Origin: Spirochaetota bacterium
GTDB taxonomy: Bacteria > Spirochaetota > UBA4802 > UBA5550
Direction: 5' to 3'
Assembly: GCA_963664815.2 (NCBI GenBank)
Contig: CAXXHB010000001.1
Span: 29,511 to 93,510 of the forward strand
Length of the DNA stretch: 64,000 nucleotides
Below, piece after piece: positions 61,337 through 64,000 of this stretch. The translations under genes and the position numbers were made by a program. The notes below the pieces were generated by a model, which worked only from the letters and a program-made list of their open reading frames with translations, searched no databases and was not told the DNA's origin. Position 1 is the stretch's first letter. Each line of letters opens with the position of its first letter.

Positions 61337-63043
61337 TAGCATGTTGAATAATAAAAATTCAAAACAGGAAGTATGAATTTTCTATAAATTTTTATTATAC
61401 TTTCTAATTATTCAAATATTTTACTTCGACTTCATATACATCGCATAAACCATCCACGACATCTTCTCACGCTACTGCAGATTGAATTCCAACCCATCCT
61501 ATATCCGCTACTGCCTTCTGAAGTTTTTTCAGGTTATATGTAATGCCGGCCAGAATCGATATAGTATTACATTTCTTTCGTCCCCGCCAATTCAAACGGC
61601 TCAGACCATTGTTGAATTTCAAGTCAAAGAAATTGTGTTCTTTTCCAATACGCCTGTTATATTTATACTTCCATTCTTCGCTTTGCATTCGATCTCTATA
61701 TTTGAACCAGAGTTCTTTGTTATCAACATAGGTTTTTGATACCGTAAAGACTCTGATCTTATTTCTATCCTTATCTTTCCAGCATGATGAATAATGCTCA
61801 CATCCTACACAAAAATTACGGCTCAATGTGAATTTGTACTTATTGTCAGATTTTTCTAATCTCCCCTTTTTCTTACGTTTACCTTTGCAGAAAAAATATA
61901 CTCCATCTTCTTCTTGTTGTACATGATGTTCTCCCTTTATAAACCAGCTCTCTGTAAAATGTAATGGGGGTGCTATATATAAATCTTTACCTTCCTGAAT
62001 TAATTCACTCATCTGTGTAATGTTGAAATAACCTTTGTCTAATAAATACTCACTTTCACATTTAACTGCATTGCTTTCTTTAGCAACTTCTACTTTTTCT
62101 ACCATATCTGAAAGCAGGCTTATATCGCTTTCTTTAGATGTGGCCTCTATTGAAAGAAGTATGTCGTTGCTGCAAAATGCCGCCTGCACGTTATATCCCT
62201 GAATATAGCTTTCATCCTTTTTAAGAAGCTTACTCTCACTATCGGTTAAGTTCACTTTTGTTTCAGGTGTGATTCTTTCCTCTTTGACCTCATCCTCATA
62301 TGACTTTATTTTCATCATGATCTGGTCATATTTATTTTTCTGCTTTTCTATCAGATCTTTCTCTTTATTTAATTCTTCTTCGCTTATTTCGTCATTATCT
62401 TTTAACTCTGATATGTATTTTGCTCTCGCTAAAAGTTTCGCGGATAGGTTCTCATATGTTTTAGCTTCTTATCGAAACCTTCCTTGTCTCGTGTAAATTC
62501 TTTACTGGCATTACTGCTTATCTTTGTACCGTCTATCATTATTCTGCGCCAGTCTATCAGATTTAATTCTTCAAGTATATATAATAAACGGGCAAAGATA
62601 ACTGGAATCTGATCTGGAAAATCGTTAAGAAAACGGCAAAGTGTCGAATAATCTATTGATCTGCCGCCGCTTAAAAATAAAAATCCGGGATGATTGCGAT
62701 TAAGCATTCTCTCGATCTTTCTCATCGACTCTATCCCCTGGCTTAATCCATATAAAATTACTTTCAATTTTGCCGAGGGCTCTATCGCCTTTTGCCCTAC
62801 CGTATCATTCTTATATTTTTTATCAAATGGTTTTGTATCAACATATTCATCTATGAATCTATCAATTACCTTCTCTATTGAATTATCATCAAATATTTCT
62901 TCCGGATATATTGTTAAAAAATATCCTTGCCCCCTCTCTATAGGTTTATACTTTGCCATGTATAATCTCCATACCTTTGATATTTTCATCATGGTTTATA
63001 ATTTCCTGCCTGTCAATTAATACTTTGATTAATCAACAGGCAA
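61337..63043 (-). mobile_element. IS1182-family element, copy 2 (1707 bp)
   Basis: Same TIRs and GGGG duplication as copy 1; different flanks. Confidence 0.9.
61467..62959 (-). pseudogene. IS1182 transposase with a 1-bp deletion near 62455
   Basis: ctcatatgtt versus ctcataatgtt in copy 1. Confidence 0.85.
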
Positions 63044-63057
63044 GGGGTGCGGGGGCT

Positions 63058-63561
63058 GTTAAGTACCGGTAGCTGAGAGTGTATCTAACCGCCGGAGTGC
63101 AATGGCGGGGGCCGTTAAGTACCGGTAGCTGAGAGTGTATCTAATTGCCGGAGTGCAATGGCGGGGGCCGTTAAGTACCGGTAGCTGAGAGTGTATCTAA
63201 CCGCCGGAGTGCAATGGTGGGGGCCGTTAAGTACCGGTAGCTGAGAGTGTATCTAATTGCCGGAGTGCAATGGCGGGGGCCGTTAAGTACCGGTAGCTGA
63301 GAGTGTATCTAATTGCCAGAGTGCAATGGCGGGGGCTGTTAAGTACCGGTAGCTGAGAGTGTATCTAACCGCCGGAGTGCAATGGTGGGGGCTGTTAAGT
63401 ACCGGTAGCTGAGAGTGTATCTAACCGCCGGAGTGCAATGGTGGGGGCCGTTAAGTACCGGTAGCTGAGAGTGTATCTAATTGCCAGAGTGCAATGGCGG
63501 GGGCCGTTAAGTACCGGTAGCTGAGAGTGTATCTAACCGCCGGAGTGCAATGGCGGGGGCT
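63058..63561 (+). repeat. tandem array, 9 x 56 bp
   Basis: gttaagtaccggtagctgagagtgtatctaa(cc/tt)gcc(g/a)gagtgcaatgg(c/t)gggggc(c/t); units start every 56 bp from 63058 to 63506. Confidence 0.97.
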
Positions 63562-64000
63562 GTTTGTAGACAGGATCATTTTGCGCTCCGCAGTTAGGAT
63601 ATTGGTAGTGTCCCTCGGCATAAGGGAGATACGATTTTCCGCATGCAGTGTATTGCGGCACATCCTCATGAAAGTGAATAGTCACTGTAAACCTCCCGGC
63701 GGATCCATAATCTTCCGGCACCAGCCCACTGAATCAACGGAGGGGATCCATAAACTTCCGGCGACGGCCCCTGAATCGGCGGGGGACTTGAAGATACTGT
63801 TATTGAACTATTTGTGTTAAATATTTTCTTATTTCAAAAACAAATTTAATTTAAACAGGTCGTATTGAATACTTTTTGTCAAGGCCGCCTTTTTTATGAC
63901 ATCCTGCCATGTGGCGGCAGGCGAACATCGTGTTCGCTTAATGATACTGGTTTGACATTTCTATAAATATCATTATGGTTATTTAATTCCAGCGAGTGGA

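Noticed and set aside
63058-63561. CRISPR array
   Set aside because: Units are contiguous and near-identical with no unique spacers; no cas genes.

Overview
AT-rich, highly mosaic bacterial accessory region with no rRNA, tRNA or CRISPR array that I can recognise. The ankyrin, MORN, BspA-LRR, WG-repeat and FGE surface proteins suggest a spirochaete-like host (inference only). The window carries a dispersed replicon-type backbone: a tyrosine recombinase with an upstream inverted repeat, an RHH-parA-parB operon, and an Arc/CopG-like gene plus phage-O-like rep with a candidate countertranscript. It holds six apparently complete toxin-antitoxin pairs plus orphans and decayed copies, and defence-like loci (RloA/RloB, a TIGR04255 operon, Rpn). 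An orphan Rhs toxin-immunity cassette array has both core fragments interrupted by the same structured 58-nt insert. There is also a sigma/M15-peptidase/Xis module facing a DUF6266-like gene, and two IS1182-family copies inserted at the same base of a REP-like palindrome. Several palindromic repeat families are present, some enclosing DUF559 nuclease remnants, and one element is amplified into a 9 x 56-bp array. All family calls come from motif recognition by eye; no database searches were run.
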